From positions 690,001-722,000 of the forward strand of contig NZ_CP022339.1 of assembly GCF_003351905.1 (NCBI RefSeq): a stretch of DNA of 32,000 nt. Direction: 5' to 3'. The position numbers were made by a program, and so were the translations under genes. Below the pieces are notes generated by a model. That model was not told the DNA's origin. It ran no database searches and worked only from the letters and a program-made list of their open reading frames with translations. This document shows positions 1-9,699 of the stretch, one piece after another. The stretch's first letter is position 1; each line of letters opens with the position of its first letter. The stretch is from Candidatus Saccharimonadota bacterium (GTDB taxonomy: Bacteria > Bacteroidota > Bacteroidia > Cytophagales > Amoebophilaceae).

Positions 1-132
1 GCAGGTGCCTGGATTGGTACGATTGCAGCTGTGGTGGTATATATAGCTGTTATGCAGGTCAATGGGCCTAAGTGGTTGGATCGTTCTATCTATGGTTGGT
101 TATGCACGCATGGAAAAGGGATTAAAAAATAG
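1..132 (+). CDS. 3' end of a CDS entering from the left edge; hydrophobic C-terminus, product unknown
   Basis: Frame 1 is open from base 1 to TAG at 130-132 (AGAWIGTIAAVVVYIAVMQVNGPKWLDRSIYGWLCTHGKGIKK*). It begins with a helix-like hydrophobic stretch. No start codon lies in the window. Confidence 0.3.
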   Translation, partial: AGAWIGTIAAVVVYIAVMQVNGPKWLDRSIYGWLCTHGKGIKK

Positions 133-1741
133 TTGGGTTGTTTGTTCTCTAATTGGCTTTGGCGTTATTTTTGCATGGGGCATAAGCGCGGTGCATCTAT
201 TTGATTTAGATGAGCTCTATTTTGCTGAGATTACTAGAGAAATGATCCGTACGGGCTGTTATGGCCAAGTGACCTTTAATTTTGAACCACTCTACGAAAA
301 ACCGCCGCTTTTCTTTTGGCTACAAGCGGCTAGTATGCATCTTTGGGGGGTGAATGAAATCGGTGCACGTTTTCCTAATTGGATTTGCGGACTGTTGACA
401 CTTGCAACGGTATATTACATTGGTAGACATTACAAGGGGAGGTGGTTTGGTTTTGTATGGATGTGTTTGTATGCAACTGCTTTTTTGCCTCATTTTTACT
501 TTAAATCAGCTATTATAGATCCTTTTTTTAACTATTTTTTGCTGCTGGCTATCTATTGTTTATCACGCGCAGCTACCTTATCTAAAAGAGGGTGGTATAG
601 TTGTGCAGGGTTATCGATAGGCTGTGCGCTGTTGGCCAAAGGCCCTATGGCTTTGATGATACCGTTGGCTACTTTATCATTATCGTATACCTGGTTTAAG
701 GAAAGCGTTGTGCAGTTGAAGTTACTGGTTTTAACTATATGGGTTGCGACAGTAGTCCTATCCTGTTGGTTGATTCCAGAAATTTGGGCGCATGGATGGA
801 CTTTTATTAAAGAATTCTGGGCCTATCATTTATTGCTCTACCATAAACCTGTTGCTACCCATGCGCAACCTTGGTACTATCACTATCTAGTACTTTTCTT
901 TGGCTGCTTTCCCAGTTCCCTATTTGCTATCTGCTTTTTGAAAGCAAATAGATGGTTGCAAAACCATTACTTTGCAGCGAATATGCAAGCTTTACTAGCA
1001 GTGGTTTTACTTATTTTTACACTAGTAGGTACTAAGATTGTGCATTATAGTTCTATGGCCTATTTCCCTATAACTTTTTTTGCTGCTGATTTTTTCTATC
1101 AGCAGGCTAGAAAATATAGCTATCCAGGCTATTGGTTTGTAGCCATTGGTTTAGCCATAGGGGGTACTTTGGTGTTTATGCCTTGGATGATGCGTCATAA
1201 ACATTTATGGGTTACGCTTATTAAAAATCAAGCGATCAAGGATGCATTGACGCTATCTGTTCTATGGAACTACTGGGATAGTTTGCCGGGTTTGGTCTAT
1301 ATTATAGGCATAGGCATAGCCTACTATTTCCTTTTGCAGCTTCGTTTGGTTCCTTTTATGGGCACCTTTATGGGCACCAATATGTGCGCGTTGGCATTAT
1401 TTTTGATCCGTGTTGCGCCTAAGATAGAAGCTTATACGCAAAAAGAAATGGTTGATTTTTGTAAAGCATGTAAAGGTAAATCGTTATACCTGCGTACCGT
1501 TGGTTTTAAATCAGCTGCACCTTTGTTCTATGCGGACCAATCAAAAACCTTGCAACAACCGGATATAGTTTGGCTATTAGAAGGGGCTATTGATAAACCT
1601 TGTTTGTTTATTCTATATAAAAGCGATAAAGCACTTTTAGCAGCCTATCCGTCGATCAAGCATATAAAAGATGCCGGCTGTTTCTCTTTTTATAAACGGT
1701 TGCCTAAAAGCTTCGTACCCATTCAACCTATAGTGGACTGA
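110..1741 (+). CDS. Glycosyltransferase family 39/83 (ArnT/PMT-like GT-C polyprenyl-phosphate sugar transferase), polytopic membrane protein
   Basis: The ORF track gives 62..1741 with many hydrophobic helices. The N-terminal loop block DELYFAEITREMIRTGCYGQVTFNFEPLYEKPPLFFWLQA is the ArnT/PMT-type signature. I placed the start at ATG 110 (MEKGLKNS...) because the upstream frame stays open to 132; ATG 62 is the alternative. Confidence 0.75.
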   Translation: MEKGLKNSWVVCSLIGFGVIFAWGISAVHLFDLDELYFAEITREMIRTGCYGQVTFNFEPLYEKPPLFFWLQAASMHLWGVNEIGARFPNWICGLLTLATVYYIGRHYKGRWFGFVWMCLYATAFLPHFYFKSAIIDPFFNYFLLLAIYCLSRAATLSKRGWYSCAGLSIGCALLAKGPMALMIPLATLSLSYTWFKESVVQLKLLVLTIWVATVVLSCWLIPEIWAHGWTFIKEFWAYHLLLYHKPVATHAQPWYYHYLVLFFGCFPSSLFAICFLKANRWLQNHYFAANMQALLAVVLLIFTLVGTKIVHYSSMAYFPITFFAADFFYQQARKYSYPGYWFVAIGLAIGGTLVFMPWMMRHKHLWVTLIKNQAIKDALTLSVLWNYWDSLPGLVYIIGIGIAYYFLLQLRLVPFMGTFMGTNMCALALFLIRVAPKIEAYTQKEMVDFCKACKGKSLYLRTVGFKSAAPLFYADQSKTLQQPDIVWLLEGAIDKPCLFILYKSDKALLAAYPSIKHIKDAGCFSFYKRLPKSFVPIQPIVD

Positions 1742-2110
1742 TTTTTGGGGACAGATTTTTGTGCTTGGCTCAATAGACTGGCAGAAAATTCGTTTTTTTT
1801 TCTAGTTTCTTACTAATTTTTGGATTAAAATAGAGAACATTTCTCCTCATTTTCTTTTTTTCTATTGAATCTTCGCTTTTTGAATCAAATTTTATTTTCT
1901 AATTGTTTTATTTATAATATTAGATGAATACTTTGTTTAATATTATTAGTTTATATGTATATCACTGGTTGGTATCTTATAAACTTAATATTCTGATCTT
2001 GTGTTTATTTTTTCAGATACAATTTATTAACATAGCTAGATCATCAATTCTATTGAGCTAGTGTGTTAACGAAAAACTTTCTGATGGTCATCATGTAATA
2101 ATTATTAGGG

Positions 2111-3103
2111 ATGCGTATAGCCATTGTAGGAGGAGGACTTGCAGGGCTTGCTACTTGTTATCATCTTTTATCTATAGACCGTAATTTAAAAATACAATTG
2201 TTTGAAAAACAAGGTATAGGATCAGGCGCTTCAGGAGCTGCTGCAGGGTTATTGCATCCATATACAGGTTCTCTTGCACAACTTAACTGGCGTTCCCAGC
2301 CAGGTATAGCAGCCACCATACAATTATTAGATGCAGCAGCAGAGTCCATAGGGAAAGCAACCTATAAACCAAGTGGTATTGTTCGTTGCGCTATTAACAG
2401 AGAAGATCAACAATATTTTTCTAAAATAGTCAAAACACAACATGATGTGTCCTTATGGGACCCACAGTATACCTATAATCAGACAGAAATATACAGGCCA
2501 GCTCTATTTATTCCAGGAGGATTGAGTGTGTATACAAATCTTTATTTAAAAGGAATTTGGAATTTATGTGCGCATTATGGTGCTGAGTTAGTATTACAAA
2601 CTTTTACGCTCAATGATCGTGCTTATTTTGATAAGGTAATTCTAGCTTGTGGTTCTAATCTTGCTGACTTATATCCTGCATTAAACTTAGTACTCAAGAG
2701 AGGCGAGGTACTAATATGTGAAAAACGATTGACTTATGGACTTATTGGTAACGGCTATTTAAGCCTAACGGATCGAAGTAACATATGTTATATGGGTACA
2801 ACGTCGAGAACAGACTTAACAGATCTTACCCTAGATGGGGCTACAAAACTTATTCGATCTAAAGTAGACTCATGGTTTAAAAGTGATATTCAAGTGCTAG
2901 GCTACAAGTCTGGAATTAGAGTCTATCGTTCCTTATCATCCTCTTATCCAGTTATTGATCAATTGGATAGCAAAACTTGGTGTTTTACAGGATTAGGATC
3001 TCGTGGTTTAATGTACCACGCTTACCTTGGCTCAATTTTGGCAAAAGCCATCCTAAGACAATCTGCTAAACTTATTCCACAAGCATGCAAAATAACTAGA
3101 TAA
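2111..3103 (+). CDS. FAD-dependent oxidoreductase (DAO family / MnmC C-terminal-domain-like)
   Basis: 330-aa ORF. It has an N-terminal Rossmann motif IAIVGGGLAGLATCYHL...FEK followed by GSGASGAAAGLLHP. ATG start, with a hairpin terminator immediately downstream. Confidence 0.7.
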   Translation: MRIAIVGGGLAGLATCYHLLSIDRNLKIQLFEKQGIGSGASGAAAGLLHPYTGSLAQLNWRSQPGIAATIQLLDAAAESIGKATYKPSGIVRCAINREDQQYFSKIVKTQHDVSLWDPQYTYNQTEIYRPALFIPGGLSVYTNLYLKGIWNLCAHYGAELVLQTFTLNDRAYFDKVILACGSNLADLYPALNLVLKRGEVLICEKRLTYGLIGNGYLSLTDRSNICYMGTTSRTDLTDLTLDGATKLIRSKVDSWFKSDIQVLGYKSGIRVYRSLSSSYPVIDQLDSKTWCFTGLGSRGLMYHAYLGSILAKAILRQSAKLIPQACKITR

Positions 3104-3105
3104 CT

Positions 3106-3142
3106 TACTTAAGTTCATTAATGTACTTAAGTATTATTTTTC
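3106..3142 (+). terminator. Rho-independent terminator candidate after the FAD oxidoreductase gene
   Basis: A 9-bp perfect stem, tacttaagt (3106-3114) paired with acttaagta (3125-3133), closes a 10-nt loop and is followed by ttatttttc. It starts 3 nt after the TAA stop. Confidence 0.5.
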
Positions 3143-3235
3143 ATTATATTATGATCAGGTATGCATGACTCCTGAATAGATCCAAATACCTATTCCATAT
3201 CGGATCTAAATATAGAAAACGTATATTCAAATCTT

Positions 3236-4762
3236 ATGTCCCTTATGCTTAATCTTCCTTTTACTATGGTAGTAATATTTTTACTACTTACCTTAGCTAC
3301 TGGCATTTACTATAGTTATAATAAAAAATCAACCACCATTCAATAATATGCAATAGGAAATAAAACTTTTTCTACAACTACTTTAGTAGCTACGGTATTA
3401 GCTACAACTTATGGAGGTGGAACTTTAGTACGTGCTGTAGAACAGGTATATAGTAGTGGATTATACTGGGTCATTCTTATGATTTTAGCAGGACTTAATC
3501 TTTGGATCATTAGTCTAATGGCCATACGAATGGGCCCATTTATGGGACATTTATCCCTTCCAGAAACAATGGGTACCATATATGGACCATATGCCCGTAT
3601 TATTACAGGAATATCTTCTGTTTGTAGTGCTATAGCGGTTATTGCTATTCAAATCAGTGTTATATCAGTAACCATCAGTACTATCTTTCCATATCACTCA
3701 TATATTATTACGGTATTAGCTACTTTAATACTTATTTTCTATTCCACACTAGGTGGTATTCGTTCAGTTACATTCACTGATGTATTACAGTTTATAACAT
3801 TTACTATTATTATACCACTAGTGGCTTGGTTTATGTTTCTCAACACTGAAAAATCTATCTTTGAAATTATATACTTTCTCAAAGATCAAGAAAAGTTTCA
3901 GTTTAATAAGTTATTTCAGTGTAATACTAAGTTAATAAGTTTAATTTTTCTTTCACTTAGTTATTTAATAGGGTATACGAAAGAGCCTACCATTATGCAG
4001 AGGATCTATATGTCTTCAGGTCCTACTCAGGCTTACAATGTTTTTAAGATATCTACTATTTTCCATTACCTTATAAAAGTATTTATCATCTTAATAAGCC
4101 TATTTGTATTTGTAAAAGAACCAAATCTGCCAGTAAATAAAGTTTGGAATTATATACCAACTCATGTACCTCCTGTTTTTAACGGCTTTATTGCTATCAG
4201 CCTATTAGCCATGACAATGTCTACGGCTGATTCACATATAAATAATTCTGCAATCATAGCTAGTTACGATATTTTAGAGAAAATTATACCAAGGAAACTA
4301 CATCCTATTAATCATCTTAAACTAGTTAAATGGAGTAGCCTAATAATAGGTTTACTAGCTATGGTGTTAACTTTTTTTTGTAATAGCCTATTAACTCTCC
4401 TAAAGTACAGCTTAAATTTTTCTATACCTATAACTGTTGCTCCATTTGTATTAGCTGTTTTTGGTTTTCGCGGCACCTCCCGTACCGCTTTGATCGGTAT
4501 GGCTACAGGTGTATTAACTATTTTAGCCTGGAACAAATGGGTTGAGCCTTACATAGGAATAGATGGTTCTTTCATTTCTATGTTGGCCAATGGTTTAGCT
4601 ATGATGGCCGCTCACTATTTTCTAAAACAGCCAAAAGGTGCAGGTTGGGTGGGTCCAGATGATACGCTTAAACAAATTCAACAAGAAAGTTTCCGTAAGA
4701 AGGCAGAACGAGAAGAAAGGATTAAAAATTCTTGGATGAATAAAAAAAAACACTTTAGCTAA
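3236..4762 (+). pseudogene. Sodium:solute symporter family (SSF) transporter interrupted by one in-frame TAA (3344-3346)
   Basis: ATG 3236 is in the same frame as ORF 3479..4762. Translation gives MSLMLNLPFTMVVIFLLLTLATGIYYSYNKKSTTIQ*YAIGNKTFSTTTLVATVLATTYGGG..., which aligns co-linearly with the intact paralogue at 30013..31524 (...GRKATTFREYAVDNKRLST...). The stop sits where the paralogue has GAA (Glu). The SSF motif LGGIRSVTFTDVLQF is present. Confidence 0.7.
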
Positions 4763-4820
4763 GCTTCAACCCAATCGTTCTACACTAACATGTATTGGAT
4801 CCTATATTATCATTAGTAAT

Positions 4821-6839
4821 TTGCTGACTTATTTTATAGCCTCTATTTCAGCTCATAGCTATTGGCTTATATTCCAAATTTTGTTAGGTGCTTGTTTTTT
4901 AGGGTATAGTACATTTCTATCAGACAAGATACAACCTATTCCGGGTTGGGTGGTTGGCCTATTTTTTGTCATAGGTCTAGCTTTTTGCCTTCCTATCAAT
5001 GTACTTTGGCACTGGTGGCACCGCACTAACCTTTTCTTAACCTTAGGCCTATCCTTAACGCATCTGTTGGTAACCTTGTTGGTACTACCTTTATATCTTG
5101 GTGTAAGTTTTGTAATGGCCACCCTGTTAATCGCCATATTCCTTAGTTCAATCTATTGTACAAATCCATTCGTTCTGGTGTTATCGTCATCCACTATTGC
5201 ATTGCTATTATTACTTTGTTTGGGCTTAGGCTTACTTATTTTTGGCATATTTGTTTACCTAAAATCCAAAACTCAGCGTTTCTATGACCAAATAACTTAC
5301 CTAAAGGGTAGAGAGGAGCTTAAGGAAGCACGCAAATTAAAATCATGCCTATATAACGCATCGCTGGTTCCATCTAATAGTGATACTTCCTCTAGTTCTA
5401 GAGGTTATGGATTTATTTTAAACCAAGTAGTTGGTAAGATTGAGGAATCTATCTCTTTCTTAGATAGTAATGCTCCCCTTTACAAGGAAGACTTCCAAAG
5501 TATTATCAATAAATTTTATGATTGGATTACCTATTTTAATAGAAAAGAAAGATATAAAAATCATACCCTACTGCAGCCTACTAAAATTATCTTCGATAAG
5601 CTGATTCGTAATGTGGAAGTGGCATTATCCCAAGAAATAGATAATCCGCCTAGAATATTGTTAGAAAAAATAAACGATTCTAGAGGAACCCTATGTTCCT
5701 ATATTGTATGCGATATGAATCAAATCGTCTATCTACTTGTTCAGGCTATTCTACGCGTTGGTAATCTAGAGCACGCTAGTACAAAAATTGTTCGTATCCA
5801 ACTGCATGCTACTTCTTTGCAATTTGCACAACCTGATCCTATTGATAACAGTTATCCTACTTGTATGGATTTTTTAGCTACTGCTTTGGTTATAAGTCAG
5901 TCTACTGCTTTTGCTGAGTGCCTTCCTAAGGTAAAGGAGGTCTATAATGATCTAATAGATAGTATGGGTCCTAAAGGTCAACAGGAAGCGCCTCCATCAA
6001 TAGATCTTCAGATGCAAACTATATCCACTATTATTGGGGCCCACTATGGATATTTGGAGGCTTCTACTGATCGTAAGCAACCTAGTATGCTACTGGTACT
6101 GCCTAATAATGTCACAGTCATTCGTGATAAGATGACTGCTAAACTGCCTATAGATTGTTTAACCTCACAGACCCCTGTTACACCTAAGGAACAAGCCAAT
6201 TCAATGATGGTATTAATGAAATTCCATGATTATGTCTGCAAAGTTTCTTATCAAGAAGACGCTATTGATATAAAGACCATTTCTGGTTTGCTTTTATTAT
6301 TACGCCAACATTTTGGCTTTAAACGGCATGCTTCAGGTCAACTGTTTTATATACGTGCGGTAGGGATTGCTGAATTAGTAACAGATTGGGTGTTTCATTC
6401 CCCTAAGGTGATTTATGCCGCTTTGCTTTATGAATTGGTACGTCATACCTGTTTGCCGCTTTCTTATATTAAAGCACATTATAATTTAGGGGTTTATGCT
6501 TTTGTATTGAATGTGGTTGGTATAGATAAACGGCAAGCCTTAGATCATCCTTCCTTATTGTATGTACAGAATCGTTTGAAGGAGGCGATCAAGGAAGATC
6601 ATGTGCAGCTCTCTGTTCTTTTTATTAAATTGGCCGAACGGCTCTATGACCTGCGTCATGCCTCAGGCTATATACATCTATCAGAAGTAGTGCATATGGC
6701 CCAAGAGACCTTAGCCATAGATGTGAAGATAGCCAATAGATACTTAGGTAGAGAGATAGGAGCCTCTTTAGCAAAGGCTGCTAAAGAGGCATTAGAGGTG
6801 TGTACAAATACAAATAAAGAAAAAAATAAAAGTAGTTAG
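4821..6839 (+). CDS. Polytopic membrane protein with a degenerate histidine-kinase-ATPase-like middle region and a degenerate RelA/SpoT-type HD C-terminal domain
   Basis: 672-aa ORF. The only start candidate ahead of the hydrophobic N-terminus is TTG 4821; the first ATG is codon 99. Residues 1-150 form about five hydrophobic helices. Residues ~485-650 align to the SpoT hydrolase domain (VLFIKLAERLYDLR vs SpoT VILIKLADRTHNMR; AALLYELVRHT vs AALLHDVIEDT). The product name is tentative. Confidence 0.6.
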   Translation: MLTYFIASISAHSYWLIFQILLGACFLGYSTFLSDKIQPIPGWVVGLFFVIGLAFCLPINVLWHWWHRTNLFLTLGLSLTHLLVTLLVLPLYLGVSFVMATLLIAIFLSSIYCTNPFVLVLSSSTIALLLLLCLGLGLLIFGIFVYLKSKTQRFYDQITYLKGREELKEARKLKSCLYNASLVPSNSDTSSSSRGYGFILNQVVGKIEESISFLDSNAPLYKEDFQSIINKFYDWITYFNRKERYKNHTLLQPTKIIFDKLIRNVEVALSQEIDNPPRILLEKINDSRGTLCSYIVCDMNQIVYLLVQAILRVGNLEHASTKIVRIQLHATSLQFAQPDPIDNSYPTCMDFLATALVISQSTAFAECLPKVKEVYNDLIDSMGPKGQQEAPPSIDLQMQTISTIIGAHYGYLEASTDRKQPSMLLVLPNNVTVIRDKMTAKLPIDCLTSQTPVTPKEQANSMMVLMKFHDYVCKVSYQEDAIDIKTISGLLLLLRQHFGFKRHASGQLFYIRAVGIAELVTDWVFHSPKVIYAALLYELVRHTCLPLSYIKAHYNLGVYAFVLNVVGIDKRQALDHPSLLYVQNRLKEAIKEDHVQLSVLFIKLAERLYDLRHASGYIHLSEVVHMAQETLAIDVKIANRYLGREIGASLAKAAKEALEVCTNTNKEKNKSS

Positions 6840-7068
6840 TTGAATCATTAGAGATATAAAATCTTGTGTAAAGGATACTAGGAACAATCATTTAGAAAGA
6901 CTAAATATGTATTATATCTGATGTTACTTTATCGCTTCTCTGATCCTTGATAAACATCAAACTCAAAATTTAACTATTTACCTGTTTTTAAAAAGTCTGG
7001 TACAACATAGCTATCTTTTAAAGATTTAACTCACACTTGAAGCAATGCCATCGATATATGTAGATGGG

Positions 7069-9546
7069 TTATCCACATAGATTTGCTTTTTTAGGTTCTA
7101 TAAAATCCATTAACACTTTGGCAGCTGCATCTATTTCTACTTTACTAGATTTTGCGTCAGCCTTTAATTGGATCCATGTTTTATAGGCTTGCTCAAAGGT
7201 TTCCATATCTTCAAAATCTAACCATAAAATATTGGTAAATATGTGGGCTGGGCCTTCCATAATCACCATTTCTTCTACTGCATGCCTAAACGAAGATTGT
7301 TGAAACCTGGCTGGCCATGAAGGGAAAACCATAGTCATGATAAATGAGTAGGGGTCTTGTTCTGTGGTTAATGTGTCTTCACTTCTAAGCAAGATATGTT
7401 CTATTAAGTGAAAGCCTTCACATGCTTGGTTTAGGGTTCTTAATAACTCTACACTTTGCTGGACCATAGCCTCTGCTTGCTCGATCTGCATAAGGGGTTC
7501 AGTTACCAGCTCAATGGTTTGCTTTTTGACTTTATCCACATATAGTAGAATAGTATAGGTGCCATTTGCTTTTTTGACAATATGGTAATGTTGTTCATTG
7601 ATGCCATAGGATATTACTAGAGACTGCATGTTTGCATATTTCCCTCTAAACATAAAAATATCATTATAGGCTTCCTGGTCGTTTTTACCTAAAAAAATAT
7701 CCAAATTATATTGCGTGGACTTTTTTTCTACATACATGCTATCCTTTACTATTTGGTGAAAAAGTTTTTTCTCTAAATTTTTAATACCTAAGTTACGGTA
7801 AATACGTCGCTTAAAACCAGATGGCACATGGTGGATCCAATTGTTCATCTCATTAACTGTTATATGAGCTGCCCGGTTTCTATTTTTACTGATATCAATG
7901 TAATCCTTTAAAAAAAGTGCTTTATTCGTGTTAAACTCGTCCAATTGTGTTTCTTCATTTTTAGGATAGAGGTGCAGTGAGTAGATGGTAAATCGTTCCG
8001 AAAAATAAGCCAATAAATGGTCTAACACCCTGGATCTTTTGTCTAAGCTTCGAATGTCGCTTTCTAATGTTCTATTGATGTAGGAAAAGTAGATTTGCCT
8101 GGCTGCATCACCCTGCTGCTGGCCGTTAGTAGGCCTATTCACTATTTCTTTTTTTACATCTAAATACTTTCTTTGTATCACAAATTCAAGGTCATTACCT
8201 GGGTCAGTCCCTTGCGTAGGTTGCTTAATAATGGTATCCATTCTTGGTACGTCTAAGGGCAAACGGCTACTAGGCTTGTTATACGCTTCGCTATAGATGG
8301 CCATGGTGTGTTTGATATTAGACAATTGCCCCAAATAATTGGCAAAAAGCTGGTCAAAAAACATTAAATAACTTTTTAACTGACTTGCTTTAGCCTGATT
8401 TTCAATTGTTTCAGATGGGCTGCATCCTTCGTCTCCTACGTTATAGAGTAGGGGAAAGTCTTGTTGTATCGAGACATGGTCTTCTAGGTTCCTATAATTT
8501 CCTTCTAATACAAAGACACTTTCTTCTTGTAGATAGGCTTTCGTTAAAGTACCCCTTCCTTTCATATCTTCAAGCATATCCACAACCTTCCCCCAATTTG
8601 TATTGATGGGTAGCCCATTATAATAGAGGACAATTTCACTTTGTGGAATATCAAGGACTAAAGACCGATCTGGTAAGATCGGTATCATTACGCTACTTGT
8701 TCTTGTATGTTCTTCATGAATAAAGAGTTCAAAGTTTAGCACATTTTTAATATTAGCCACTTTAGTAGCTTGCTCTAAGAGTTCAACTACGTAAATCCTA
8801 GATTTGTTTTTTAGATAAACTAATTCCTCTTCATCTATAAAACCTTGTGTTAAAAGTGGCCCTGTAAAGATTTGGTCTATGGTTCTACCTTTGTCTAGCA
8901 ATTGACTGATGCTGTAAAAAGGAACACGTGGTGAGAGAAACTCCTGAAAAGCAAATAATATCTGAGCAATAATGGTCTCTCCTTCTTCATAAGCCAAACA
9001 ATTTGCTACCTCAAAAGTACCTTTTACACTGATAGGTAGTGTTTCCATAGTTTGAATTAGGAAGAAGTCTTCACATAGATTCCTTTGTGCATATAATTTT
9101 TGCTGTACTAAATCTAACACCTCTTTTTCTTGTGGGGTGTGGCTGATCCGTTCTTCTACATCTATAAAAATCTTATACCCCCCTTTGATTTCTTTTGGCC
9201 CATCACTTAAAAAGATATTCGCATTTTTTACGCCTGGTACATCCAATACAATTTTTAAAAAATCCCATTGGGTTAATGGATTACAAGGAAGAATTTCTTC
9301 CGCTTTGTAAAAGGGTTGCTCATTGGGATGCGCTGTTGCATCAGGATCTTTCGCCCATATATCTTCTATATAGAAGTTGGTTCTATATTCTAGATCCATG
9401 ATGGCAAAAGAAAGTACTTCTAAAATGGTAATACCAGGGTCATGCTCCCCATAGTCTGTCCATTTCTTTCCTGCTAATTGGTGGATGTAGGCTATTCCCT
9501 GCTCCTTTAAAAAAGGATAATCAAGTTCTAATGGGGTGTTTTCCAT
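7069..9546 (-). CDS. Contractile-injection-system baseplate wedge protein (gp6 / gpJ / Afp11-like), 825 aa
   Basis: ATG at 9546. The N-terminal block KWTDYGEHDPGITILEVLSFAIMDLEYRTN matches, from my recall, the WTD.N.SDPG..L.E..A...D.L.YR motif of baseplate-J-like assembly proteins of phage-tail-like systems. It is the last gene of a vgrG-PAAR-gp25 string. I cannot assign its C-terminal ~400 aa. Confidence 0.6.
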   Translation of the reverse strand: MENTPLELDYPFLKEQGIAYIHQLAGKKWTDYGEHDPGITILEVLSFAIMDLEYRTNFYIEDIWAKDPDATAHPNEQPFYKAEEILPCNPLTQWDFLKIVLDVPGVKNANIFLSDGPKEIKGGYKIFIDVEERISHTPQEKEVLDLVQQKLYAQRNLCEDFFLIQTMETLPISVKGTFEVANCLAYEEGETIIAQILFAFQEFLSPRVPFYSISQLLDKGRTIDQIFTGPLLTQGFIDEEELVYLKNKSRIYVVELLEQATKVANIKNVLNFELFIHEEHTRTSSVMIPILPDRSLVLDIPQSEIVLYYNGLPINTNWGKVVDMLEDMKGRGTLTKAYLQEESVFVLEGNYRNLEDHVSIQQDFPLLYNVGDEGCSPSETIENQAKASQLKSYLMFFDQLFANYLGQLSNIKHTMAIYSEAYNKPSSRLPLDVPRMDTIIKQPTQGTDPGNDLEFVIQRKYLDVKKEIVNRPTNGQQQGDAARQIYFSYINRTLESDIRSLDKRSRVLDHLLAYFSERFTIYSLHLYPKNEETQLDEFNTNKALFLKDYIDISKNRNRAAHITVNEMNNWIHHVPSGFKRRIYRNLGIKNLEKKLFHQIVKDSMYVEKKSTQYNLDIFLGKNDQEAYNDIFMFRGKYANMQSLVISYGINEQHYHIVKKANGTYTILLYVDKVKKQTIELVTEPLMQIEQAEAMVQQSVELLRTLNQACEGFHLIEHILLRSEDTLTTEQDPYSFIMTMVFPSWPARFQQSSFRHAVEEMVIMEGPAHIFTNILWLDFEDMETFEQAYKTWIQLKADAKSSKVEIDAAAKVLMDFIEPKKANLCG

Positions 9547-9699
9547 AGTCTATATCTATAAATAATGATGATCTTGAGGTTATAATGAATAAATTATAAA
9601 TAGAGAGATGGTGACCTTGAGGCTATAGCTATCTGAGCATGTTGCGTTTTATATATCTATTGTTCCTAATTATAATGGTTGGTCACTATTGCTAAGGTG

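Noticed and set aside
4738-4825. An A9 homopolymer (4742-4750) lies exactly where the symporter frame and the frame of the 672-aa ORF overlap (that frame is open from 4740). Loss of one A would fuse them into an SSF-sensor-type protein, suggesting slippage, phase variation or a split gene.
   Set aside because: The intact paralogue (30013..31524) ends at the equivalent position with a similar basic tail and its own terminator, so a stand-alone symporter is the ancestral architecture. The tract encodes a plausible KKK tail. There is no evidence for fusion.
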